Positions 29,557 through 37,873 of a stretch of DNA of 64,000 nucleotides are shown piece by piece. Each line of letters begins with the position of its first letter. Position 1 is the stretch's first letter. The stretch comes from Candidatus Omnitrophota bacterium (GTDB taxonomy: Bacteria; Omnitrophota; Gorgyraeia; Zapsychrales; Zapsychraceae). A model generated the notes under the pieces. That model was not told the origin of the DNA and made no database searches. It saw nothing but the letters and a program-made list of their open reading frames with translations. Position numbers and translations under genes: made by a program. The stretch is from assembly GCA_015233495.1 (NCBI GenBank), contig JADFXQ010000002.1, positions 34,390-98,389 on the forward strand. Direction: 5' to 3'.

Positions 29557-30555
29557 ATGCAAAGCAACTGGATCAGGCAGATGATTCTCGCGGTGTTTTT
29601 TCTAGGCACAGCGTTTAATATTACCTATTGGGCGATCGCGAAATATGATTTTAAGAATGACATGAAAACCGCGGTCACGGATGCCAGCCGTTATTTGAAA
29701 ATGAGCCATGGCGATTTTTCCGGCGTGGAACGCCGCTATGCCCGGCGCGTTATGGTCCCGAGTCTGGTTTTATTTTTACGCAATCAATTCCCCGTGTCGC
29801 GTTTTATTCCGGGTGAATATGTTGACATCGCAGCCAAAATGGACCAGCTTTATTTTGGGATTATCAATATCCTCGCTTTAGCCGGCACCGCTTTTTTGTT
29901 GTCCCGGTTTTGTCAGCAATTGGGGTGTTCTCCTTTGGAAGGCGTGATCGCCGGATTGATTTTTCTCACGTCTTTTTTTGTCGTGACTTATTACACTGTC
30001 CCTTTAGTCGACGCGCTGACAGCTTTTTGCCTCATGGGTTGTTATTACGCTTTGCTGCGCCGGCGGTTATTATGGTTATCCCTGTTTTTTTTAATCGGCA
30101 TTTTGACCAAAGAAGCGATTTTTTTAATCTTATTCGCGATTGTTCTCGACCAGCGGAAATTATGCTCCGCGCCGTTATTTGTCTGTTTGCCTTGGGTGAT
30201 TTTTTATTTCGGATTTTTTTATACGAGCGCGGCGGACGCGCATGACGTGACGTTTTTTTTCAGCAATTTGCGGCAATTGCTGGCCGGCGGCTTGGCCGCT
30301 TTTCGGCCTTTCGCCTTGATTGAAGCTCTGGAGGTTTTTATGGCGGTATGGTTTCTCGCCATTTACGCTTTGCGGAAATGTCCGGTTCCCGATTTTATCC
30401 GGCGGCAGCAGTGGATATTGGTTTTTCCTTTCGTTTTTCCTTTTTTTGTCGGGGAAGCGTCCTTAGGCCGGATAGCGTTTTATGTTTTTCCTATAATGAT
30501 TTTTCTGGCCGTTTTGGCCTTGCGCGATATTCTTGAATCGGAGACGGGACGATGA
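29557..30555 (+). CDS. hypothetical integral membrane protein
   Basis: 332 aa with about 8-9 hydrophobic helices. Lies within the glycan assembly block and has no recognisable catalytic motif. Confidence 0.4.
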   Translation: MQSNWIRQMILAVFFLGTAFNITYWAIAKYDFKNDMKTAVTDASRYLKMSHGDFSGVERRYARRVMVPSLVLFLRNQFPVSRFIPGEYVDIAAKMDQLYFGIINILALAGTAFLLSRFCQQLGCSPLEGVIAGLIFLTSFFVVTYYTVPLVDALTAFCLMGCYYALLRRRLLWLSLFFLIGILTKEAIFLILFAIVLDQRKLCSAPLFVCLPWVIFYFGFFYTSAADAHDVTFFFSNLRQLLAGGLAAFRPFALIEALEVFMAVWFLAIYALRKCPVPDFIRRQQWILVFPFVFPFFVGEASLGRIAFYVFPIMIFLAVLALRDILESETGR

Positions 30556-30606
30556 GGGGGAAGCGCCGATGAAACTCCAGCCGCGAAACCACGAGCCTAA
30601 AAAAAA

Positions 30607-32307
30607 ATGGAAAATTTTTATTCCCGGATGGCCGGCGTATTTCGCAGGCATTACCGGGATCTATATGCTATGGCGAGCCTTCGTTTTTCTTCATTTGAAA
30701 GGTTAATTGATTCCCACTTTCCGACGTGGTTTATCATCGTGGGATATCCGCTGTATTGGCTGGAATTGTTTGTGGTCCGCAAGCCGGCGGGACATACGTC
30801 GTTTTTTGGCTGGGCGGTCATGTCCGCTTTGGCGGTGATTCTGCTGATAAAGGCGGCCCGGTTTGCCCCAACTGGGAGGCGTTTTTTCCAAACCACTTTC
30901 AATACCTGGCCGGTTTTTTCTAAAATAGGTTGTTCGGCAGGCTTGATTTTCATGGTGTTCATTCTGGGAGTGGGGCTTAAGGCTTCGCTATATCCACCGC
31001 ATCTGCCGCAGGAATATGACGCGTTAAACTATCATATTACCATTCCCCGCCAGCATCTGATCAACCATTCGTACCAACATCTGAAATGGTCAGCGGCGGA
31101 TCTGATGCTGATGCCGGTTGATTACGCTTTAGCGCCTTTTGTCCTGGCCACTAAACTTCCGAATAAAATCCCGCAGTATTTTTTTGTCTTGGGCTTGTTA
31201 TGTATTGTGGGCGATCTGGCTTATCGGATTAGCCGGGGAAAACTTTTTTGCGCGGTTTTAGCGGCCGGCGGATTTTTGGGACAGCATATGTTCGGGATCC
31301 AGATCGGCACAGCCATGCTGGATCTGGTGATTGCCTATTTATTTTTCGCCGCGGTCCATAGTTTTAGGCAAAAAAAGTTTTTTTTCGCGGCCATTGAATT
31401 AACTTTTTATTATTGGTCAAAAGGATTTATGCCGGTACTGCTTTTGTTATTTGTTATTTTAAGCGCCGGGCTCATTGCTTGGTTATCGCGTTTGCGGTTT
31501 GTTTGGCCCGACGATACGCGGGAGTGGAGGGCAGTGGTTTGGGAGGGTTCGGCGATCAAAAAATTCGTCATTTTTTTTGGCGTATGCAGTTTGTTGGTCG
31601 CCGGACCATTTTTAGCGCGTTCGCTGGTTTACGCGGGAACGCCTTTGTTTCCTTTCGCCCCGGGGATTATGACATTGCCCCATACTCCCGCCCAAAATCC
31701 GCAATGGATGGCTTCAATCCGCCGCAGTTCCGCGGGGTTTTTGCAGACCCGGGATGATTATGGTGACGGTCGTTCATTCAGCGCTTTTGTCAAGCATATG
31801 TGGTTGATCGCGGTTCCGGAAAAAGGCGTAAATAACCGCTACGATTATCCGGTGGGCTTGATTTATCTGTTATGTGTCGGGCCGTTTCTTGCCGTGTTTT
31901 TCGGATCAATCCGGCAAAGAAAAATCAATATTTTATATTGGAGTGTCGTCTTGTTTTGGGGATTGTGGTGGTACGGTTCGCATCAAACGCGTTTTTTATA
32001 CGTGCCGCTGGGACTGATGATTTTGGCGGTGGTCACGGAAGAAAAATTTATATTAAAGACCTTTATCAGCGCTTGGCTTTTATCGATCGTTTTTACCGCC
32101 GTTTCGGTTTATCGTTCGCAGCAGCCCACTTTCGCGTTAAAACCGGCGCAAGTTTTGCGGACGTACGACCAGCAACTGCTTAAGATGTCGCGGACGGTTG
32201 ATCGTTCCCAGGCGACCGCAGTGGAAAGCATGGATGCCGCTTACGCGGATTTTCCCATCTCGGTGAAGCAGCATAGCGCGTTTGTCATTTTACCGGTTAA
32301 TCCGTAG
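30607..32307 (+). CDS. hypothetical polytopic membrane protein (possible GT-C-like)
   Basis: 566 aa with many TM helices and periplasmic-loop-like segments. Function not assignable from sequence alone. Confidence 0.4.
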   Translation: MENFYSRMAGVFRRHYRDLYAMASLRFSSFERLIDSHFPTWFIIVGYPLYWLELFVVRKPAGHTSFFGWAVMSALAVILLIKAARFAPTGRRFFQTTFNTWPVFSKIGCSAGLIFMVFILGVGLKASLYPPHLPQEYDALNYHITIPRQHLINHSYQHLKWSAADLMLMPVDYALAPFVLATKLPNKIPQYFFVLGLLCIVGDLAYRISRGKLFCAVLAAGGFLGQHMFGIQIGTAMLDLVIAYLFFAAVHSFRQKKFFFAAIELTFYYWSKGFMPVLLLLFVILSAGLIAWLSRLRFVWPDDTREWRAVVWEGSAIKKFVIFFGVCSLLVAGPFLARSLVYAGTPLFPFAPGIMTLPHTPAQNPQWMASIRRSSAGFLQTRDDYGDGRSFSAFVKHMWLIAVPEKGVNNRYDYPVGLIYLLCVGPFLAVFFGSIRQRKINILYWSVVLFWGLWWYGSHQTRFLYVPLGLMILAVVTEEKFILKTFISAWLLSIVFTAVSVYRSQQPTFALKPAQVLRTYDQQLLKMSRTVDRSQATAVESMDAAYADFPISVKQHSAFVILPVNP

Positions 32308-32494
32308 GGTTGTTAGTTTTTTCCGAAATACAAATTCTCACGACTATGAATCTACTAATAGCTACTTTATATGGAATCATTGGGGTATCATGCCGCCATT
32401 TAAGCAAGGCTTTTTTAAGTTAGAGAAGGCGTTTGATTAACGGCCGAAAATATTGTTTTGGCTGGATATTTAACACCATTAAAAAGGCGGTTAT

Positions 32495-33127
32495 ATGTCG
32501 TTATGGGTGAAGGGCATCCGTTATTTCAACAGTGAGATATCTTGCCGGTGGACCGTGCGTTTTTGGTCTTTTTGGATGCAGATCAAGGCTGCAATGTTGG
32601 GCGTCCCGATCGGACCGGGAGTTCGTTGTTACGGAAACGTTCATCTGATGCCGGGGGTGAACAGTTCCCTTTCAATCGGACGCGATGTGATTTTCGTGTC
32701 GGACACTCGACGATGCACCGCGTCTTCGATTTTTGCGCCGGTTAAGTTAAGGACTTTTGAGCGTACCGCGCGCATCACAATCGGCGACAAAGTCGGATTA
32801 AACGGCACATCGATTGTCTGCCGATCCAAGACAGTCGCGATTGGCGAAGGCGCGGTGATCGGCCCCAATGTTGTGATCTCGGATTCTGATTTTCACCAGG
32901 TGGCGCTTTCAGCGGATCATTATAATGACCCGGGCATGGAGTATGACCGCGATGTCTTAATCGGCAAAAATGTTTGGATCGGTATGCGGGTCATGGTGCT
33001 GAAAGGCGTGACCATTGGCGACGGAGCAATCATCGGGGCCGGGAGCGTGGTAGTGCAGGACATTCCTTCCGGGGTCGTAGCCGCAGGTAACCCGGCAAAA
33101 GTCATAAAATCATTAAATAAGGAGTGA
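32495..33127 (+). CDS. hexapeptide-repeat sugar O-acetyltransferase
   Basis: Left-handed beta-helix repeats ([32 protein letters not shown]). Preceded by a ~190-bp AT-rich intergenic region. Confidence 0.7.
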   Translation: MSLWVKGIRYFNSEISCRWTVRFWSFWMQIKAAMLGVPIGPGVRCYGNVHLMPGVNSSLSIGRDVIFVSDTRRCTASSIFAPVKLRTFERTARITIGDKVGLNGTSIVCRSKTVAIGEGAVIGPNVVISDSDFHQVALSADHYNDPGMEYDRDVLIGKNVWIGMRVMVLKGVTIGDGAIIGAGSVVVQDIPSGVVAAGNPAKVIKSLNKE

Positions 33128-33175
33128 CAGCATTTATTCGTAGATTATTCCGCCCGAATCAGAAAGGCGCAGCAG

Positions 33176-34336
33176 ATGGTTAAATTTTATCTATCGGGAA
33201 TTATTTTTATTATTTCATTTGTTACGGGGATTTATTTGGCAAGTCATAAACCAGTTTGGGGCGATGAATCTTACAGCCAGGTTTTGATGACAAAGCATTC
33301 GTACGTCGAGATTTTTTTGGGAAAAAATTACGGTGAAGGAAATCGGGCCCCGTTATTTTATTTACAGCAGAAATTGTTTTGTGATGTTTTTCATTATAAG
33401 ACACCGCGGTCTTGGCTGAAGGGAGAGGGTTTTCAAAGTGATCGTCGCACCGATGTTGTTTTAAGAATTCTTCCCGTGATTTGGATGGCATTGTTTTTTG
33501 CGATAATATTTTTATATTTTTCTTTGCGCTTTAATCTCGGGACTGGTTTATTCGGGTTATTGATCGCGTTTACGACGCCTTTTTTATACCGGTATTGGCC
33601 GGAAGCGCGGCCGTATGGCCTCTCCGTTTTGTTGACGGGGTGCCAGATGGTGTTATTCTTAATGATTTTGGAAGAGAAAAAGGCGTCTTATCCGAAATGG
33701 TTATTTTTGTCGCTTATCCAAATTGCCTTAAGCATGACATCGGTATTGAGTATTTTTCAAATCGCAGTGGTATCATTTTTTTTGTTGCTCAAAGAACGGC
33801 GCTGGCGCCAATATATTTTAATGACAGCCATTCCGGTTTTGTTAGTTTTTTACTACAAGCCTATGGCGCCTTCGTGTGATATGATTTTTGTTTTAACCAT
33901 AGATCAAATGGTGCGGGATACGATTGCCCGTGATCGATTTTATATTCTTCTTTTATATCCTTTTTTGTTAGCGTTGTATTATTTGCAAACGATTAAAATT
34001 CTTCCGCGGCTGTTTCATGACCAGACTTTGGTCAAAGCTTGGCCGTTTTTTCTCTCAACTTTATTGATTCTAGGCGCGACAATCGCGTTTCTCGCCTATT
34101 TACAGGCGCATGCTACAGGTGTTGGACAATATGTGGTTAGCCGGCACATCATTTTTTTAGCGCCGATTGGTATTATAGCGGTTTCCTATTTGATTGGTAT
34201 GCTGTGGCAAGCCTTCCGCAACTCAAACTGGATGAGAATTAGCGTAGGAGTGGCCGTTTTTTTGTTTCTCATGAGCCGCATGAATAGAGTTGTGGGCGAG
34301 ATTTGTAGTTTTTTTGTTAATGGTATAAAATCTTGA
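33176..34336 (+). CDS. hypothetical polytopic membrane protein (possible GT-C-like glycosyltransferase)
   Basis: 386 aa. WGDESYSQ sits in the first loop after TM1 (a DE-like motif), followed by multiple TM helices. Confidence 0.4.
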   Translation: MVKFYLSGIIFIISFVTGIYLASHKPVWGDESYSQVLMTKHSYVEIFLGKNYGEGNRAPLFYLQQKLFCDVFHYKTPRSWLKGEGFQSDRRTDVVLRILPVIWMALFFAIIFLYFSLRFNLGTGLFGLLIAFTTPFLYRYWPEARPYGLSVLLTGCQMVLFLMILEEKKASYPKWLFLSLIQIALSMTSVLSIFQIAVVSFFLLLKERRWRQYILMTAIPVLLVFYYKPMAPSCDMIFVLTIDQMVRDTIARDRFYILLLYPFLLALYYLQTIKILPRLFHDQTLVKAWPFFLSTLLILGATIAFLAYLQAHATGVGQYVVSRHIIFLAPIGIIAVSYLIGMLWQAFRNSNWMRISVGVAVFLFLMSRMNRVVGEICSFFVNGIKS

Positions 34337-34352
34337 AAATAAATGGTGTCAG
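34335..34352. repeat. 18-bp inverted repeat, left copy (gaaaataaatggtgtcag)
   Basis: Exact reverse complement of 37733-37750. Also part of a local palindrome, aatggtg-tcaggc-caccatt. Confidence 0.8.
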
Positions 34353-34465
34353 GCACCATTCGAGAAACAGGCACAAGTCTAAGATATCCGCGTCTGCGTT
34401 GTCGGGGCGCTCCTACTACGGAAATATTGTAAATTTGTTGTGAATCCATTCAAAAAGGAACCTAT

Positions 34466-34984
34466 ATGCGCCGGTTGTATTCTTACGTTTTCCGCATCCT
34501 GATCTGCCTCGGCATTTTTGGATGCTCGTCCACAAAATTTATGTATCAAGAGATCGCGAAGGACAAGGATACCTATAATATGCGCGTCTTCCCGGTGGCC
34601 TTGCCGCAGCTACAGGAAGCCGTAGAAAAAGTCATGCTTGCGAAAAAAATGTCCATTGAATCCGAAGATAAAACCAGTGGGACTATATCGGCTTATCGTA
34701 AATTCAGCCGCGGCTATAAAACGATTGTCGTCGTCTTGCAATCGAAGATTGTGTCCAACAGCGCCGCGGAACAAGAGCTTTTCCTCAACGGCATCCAGAC
34801 CACCGAGCGTAATTACGTCGAAGACAAAACCCGGTTTTTTCTCTGGCTCGTGCCCCTGCCTGGGGGCGGCGGCAAACATGTGACCACCGCGAAAGAAGCG
34901 GATGTGTTTATTGATGATAAAGCCTGGTACGGCGAACTTTTTGACGCGATTCAAAAGGCATTAATTCCGGGCACACAAAAATAA
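34466..34984 (+). CDS. lipoprotein
   Basis: Signal peptide with lipobox LGIFGC. 172 aa. Confidence 0.5.
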   Translation: MRRLYSYVFRILICLGIFGCSSTKFMYQEIAKDKDTYNMRVFPVALPQLQEAVEKVMLAKKMSIESEDKTSGTISAYRKFSRGYKTIVVVLQSKIVSNSAAEQELFLNGIQTTERNYVEDKTRFFLWLVPLPGGGGKHVTTAKEADVFIDDKAWYGELFDAIQKALIPGTQK

Positions 34985-35039
34985 TCAATAACGGGGGAAA
35001 CACAAAGATAATGATCAATTTTTCGTATTTTTTTATTTT

Positions 35040-35200
35040 GCAAAGTCTTAGGTGCGTCCGTTATGCGGCCGCGACAGGAAGACGGTCGTGCTTACTGGGC
35101 ACGACACTTCGTCGCCGCTTCGCTCCGCTCAAAACGCGGCGACTACGGGCGCCCACGAGGGGCGCCCACTACACCATCAATGGTCATCGTTGAGATTCTT
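35040..35200 (+). ncRNA. candidate structured non-coding element (GC-rich, multiple hairpins); strand unknown
   Basis: The only long non-coding stretch in the window. Hairpins: gtcgtgc-ttactgg-gcacgac, gtcgccgc...gcggcgac and gggcgccc-acgag-gggcgccc. The single overlapping ORF (35063-35281) is Arg-rich and non-protein-like. Confidence 0.25.
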
Positions 35201-35206
35201 ATGATA

Positions 35207-35509
35207 GTATTACGGTGTCACACACTTTATTCCATAAGTTATTTGTCTTCAATGAGCATTTCCTTATTTTTTCATAAATAGTCTAAAGGGTTAGGACGAA
35301 GGAGAGAACGTTTTAGTTCGTAAGCATTTGTCTACGGAAAGGCCGTTGGGGGATAATGGTTTTTTAAAAATGCTGTCGGCTCAATTGGGCAAAGATCTAT
35401 TGCCAAAGAAAAAAGGCCCCAAGCCAAAGTCAAAATTTTCGTCGGGATCGATAAAAATGCCCATTGCGAATAAACAACTTACGGAATAAAGTGTGTGTCT
35501 CCGTAATAC
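35207..35509. mobile_element. MITE-like element: ~303 bp bounded by 34-bp imperfect terminal inverted repeats
   Basis: 35207-35240 is the reverse complement of 35476-35509 with 31/34 matches. The interior is AT-rich and non-coding. The flanks are near-identical (tgata / tgatc). Confidence 0.35.
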
Positions 35510-35547
35510 TGATCAATCCCGTCAACCAAACCGGCGAGAAATTGAGG

Positions 35548-35934
35548 AGAATTGTCATGAAATGTTTCAATCATCCGAATGCTGAAGCGGTCGGGGTTTG
35601 CAAAGGCTGTGGCAAAGGATTGTGCCTGGCTTGCGCAAAGGACTCCGAATATGGGCTGTCCTGTGCAGGAAAATGTGAAACGGAACTCAAATTAATGCGG
35701 GATGTGCTGTATTCAAGTGATAAAGCTTATGGGCAATTGAGCCCGATTTATTCGCGGTATACGGCAGTTTTGGGAATGATCGGCGGGATATGTCTTATTC
35801 CCAACATATTTTTGCTGGTGACGGGCAAGAATATGGATTATGCGAGTTTATTGTTTGGGATAGTCATGCTGGTGGCTGCGGTTTGGTATTATAAAATTTC
35901 CAGCAAATTTAAAGTCAAAAATACGAAAAAATAA
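35548..35934 (+). CDS. zinc-ribbon (B-box-like) small membrane protein
   Basis: ATG at 35548 follows GAGGAG. CFNHPNAEAVGVCKGCGKGLCLAC...C...C Cys/His cluster, then two hydrophobic helices. Confidence 0.5.
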   Translation, partial: RIVMKCFNHPNAEAVGVCKGCGKGLCLACAKDSEYGLSCAGKCETELKLMRDVLYSSDKAYGQLSPIYSRYTAVLGMIGGICLIPNIFLLVTGKNMDYASLLFGIVMLVAAVWYYKISSKFKVKNTKK

Positions 35935-36154
35935 ACGGAATGCCTTTCCAGTGAAAAAGAAAATACGGTTTTTTTGATGTTATGGGGGCTTGGCGCTTTG
36001 GTGTCGACGTCTTTGGCTCGGGCGGAGATTACGATTGATATCTCGGACCACTTAAAGCCGGGATTTATGGTGGACCGGACGGATCAGACCACTCAGAAAA
36101 AACGGGGTTTTGAAAAATAAATGTGACAGACACCTTTATTTTCGCGGAGGCAAT

Positions 36155-37147
36155 ATGGAAGGTTTGCGAAATTTTATTATTCGTCTCGGGGCAATTTGGC
36201 TAATCTGGGCAGGGATGTTGATCATTGTCCCTGACTGGGCATTTGCGTATCCGGGATCATTTGCTCCCTCGTCAGGCAAAACTTTGCTTATGATCGGCCA
36301 GGACCGCGATACAATTTCTCAATATGTGCGCGCTACCGGCAACATTCCGGGCGGAACCACGTCGTATACTTCGATTCATAAGTTAGAGGGATTGGATGTG
36401 GCCAATGAATATGGATATGGTGACGGGCCTAAGGACGGGGCCGCTCTTTTAAATAATTATCCTAATTCCGTAATTCAACTCGGCTTCTATATGGTGGATG
36501 AGCTGGCGAACACCATTACCGGGAAATATGATGCTAATTTACGGACATTGGCGCAATGGATTATCAAAGCCAACCGGCCAGTTTATTTGCGCATTGGTTA
36601 TGAATTTGACTTTCCGGTAAATCATTATGACCCGCAAAAATACAAACAGGCTTTCCGCTATGTGGTGGATTTTTTGCGCAAAGAGGGTGTGCGTAATGCG
36701 GCGTATATTTGGCATTCCGAATGTATGCCGCATTCTGGTCAGCAATGGATGGATTGGTATCCGGGCGATGACTATGCAGATTGGTTCGGCGTTTCGCTGT
36801 TTTCTACCCAACAGATCCCGACAGCCGTTGATTTTTTGAAATTAGCCCGAGAGCATCGCAAGCCGTTTATGATATGTGAATCAACGCCCCAGGGTTTGTA
36901 TACTGTTCGCGGAAAAAAAGATTTTTTAGAACATATATTCCGGTTCATCCGCGACCAAAATATTGAAGCTTTCTGTTATATCAATTCCAATTGGGATATC
37001 AAGCCAATGTGGCAAGGCCAGCATTGGGGCGATAGCCGTATCGAACAATATCCCGAGATTAAGGATTTATGGCTAAAAGAAATTACTCAAGGGCGTTATC
37101 TTAAGGCGTCGCCGGATTTGTTTCGCTCGCTCGGTTGGCAGAGATAA
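36155..37147 (+). CDS. secreted glycoside hydrolase, clan GH-A (GH26-like)
   Basis: ATG at 36155 follows GGAGG. Signal peptide (cleavage near AFA|YP). YLRIGYEFD and DWFGVSLF, with KPFMICESTPQG, resemble the GH26 acid/base and nucleophile regions. Confidence 0.5.
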   Translation: MEGLRNFIIRLGAIWLIWAGMLIIVPDWAFAYPGSFAPSSGKTLLMIGQDRDTISQYVRATGNIPGGTTSYTSIHKLEGLDVANEYGYGDGPKDGAALLNNYPNSVIQLGFYMVDELANTITGKYDANLRTLAQWIIKANRPVYLRIGYEFDFPVNHYDPQKYKQAFRYVVDFLRKEGVRNAAYIWHSECMPHSGQQWMDWYPGDDYADWFGVSLFSTQQIPTAVDFLKLAREHRKPFMICESTPQGLYTVRGKKDFLEHIFRFIRDQNIEAFCYINSNWDIKPMWQGQHWGDSRIEQYPEIKDLWLKEITQGRYLKASPDLFRSLGWQR

Positions 37148-37375
37148 GTGTTTATTGCTCGCATATAAATAGACATAGGCGCGGCTGGGAGATAAAAATA
37201 GATTTGTTTAAATTATTGGCAGAAAGTTTATTCAGATCGTTCTTTTATTGAGGTGCGCGTCAGGTTATACCAATATCCCGTTTGGAAGTGGTAGGATGCA
37301 TAATGACCGACAGAGCGTTGTTTTTGGGATTGTCCCATCAAAGGGGATTGCAGCAATAAACCGATCTGTATATCT

Positions 37376-37675
37376 TTGCCGCCGGGAACTTATGAAATGA
37401 CATCATTTCGAACTATAACAATGGGGCCGCGTACAGAATCGGCGCCGGGCATTAAATTTAAGGTCGAGCCAAATTCTGTAGTATATATCGGCACATTAAC
37501 AGGGCAATCCCTGGGTCCGGCTTGGGGGCCGATACAGTATGTATTTAAGGTGGAAGATGAACTTGAAGAAGAGACGCAGGCTCAAGCCGAATCCTGTCCC
37601 GGCGTGAAAGATGGCAAGCCGGTGATTAGTTTGATGGAGGCGCCGTATAATTCGGTCAGGGCCAATGTTTGGTAA
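37376..37675 (+). CDS. hypothetical small protein
   Basis: 99-aa ORF with no recognisable motif. It may be spurious or a gene fragment. Confidence 0.25.
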   Translation: MPPGTYEMTSFRTITMGPRTESAPGIKFKVEPNSVVYIGTLTGQSLGPAWGPIQYVFKVEDELEEETQAQAESCPGVKDGKPVISLMEAPYNSVRANVW

Positions 37676-37732
37676 AATAGGGAGACAGCGCAAAATCGTA
37701 ATAACTTGTTCTAGTAAAAAGAGATCGTGAGA

Positions 37733-37750
37733 TCTGACACCATTTATTTT
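37733..37750. repeat. 18-bp inverted repeat, right copy (ctgacaccatttattttc)
   Basis: Exact reverse complement of 34335-34352. Confidence 0.8.
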
Positions 37751-37811
37751 CCGCAGTCCTAATTATTTCCTTCTTTCCGGATTAGAAGTTTTCCCGTTGA
37801 CTCAAAAGAAA

Positions 37812-37856
37812 ACGCTTTCCCGGAGGGCGCGCAAAGCGTCTTTTTTGCCGTTTTTA
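37812..37856 (+). terminator. terminator-like hairpin with T-run immediately upstream of the giant gene
   Basis: acgcttt(37812-18) / aaagcgt(37833-39) 7-bp stem with a 14-nt GC-rich loop, followed by cTTTTTTgccgTTTTTa. Confidence 0.3.
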
Positions 37857-37873
37857 TCGGGTATACTTTAAGT

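Noticed and set aside
32308-32494. Possible terminator or promoter in the AT-rich spacer (taagcaaggcttttttaag)
   Set aside because: Only a 4-bp stem and no convincing -35/-10 pair. Too weak to call either way.
35040-35200. tRNA within the GC-rich structured region
   Set aside because: The stem-loops do not fit a cloverleaf. There is no T-loop GTTCRA motif and the candidate variable and T arms have the wrong loop sizes.
35063-35281. 72-aa ORF in the intergenic gap
   Set aside because: Arg/Pro-rich, low-complexity translation with no RBS. It overlaps the GC-rich hairpin region and MITE arm and is far more likely non-coding.
34335-37750. Classical IS or transposon
   Set aside because: No transposase, integrase or recombinase ORF lies inside or beside the inverted repeats. 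Only the non-autonomous MITE-like element and the 18-bp IR pair are reported.
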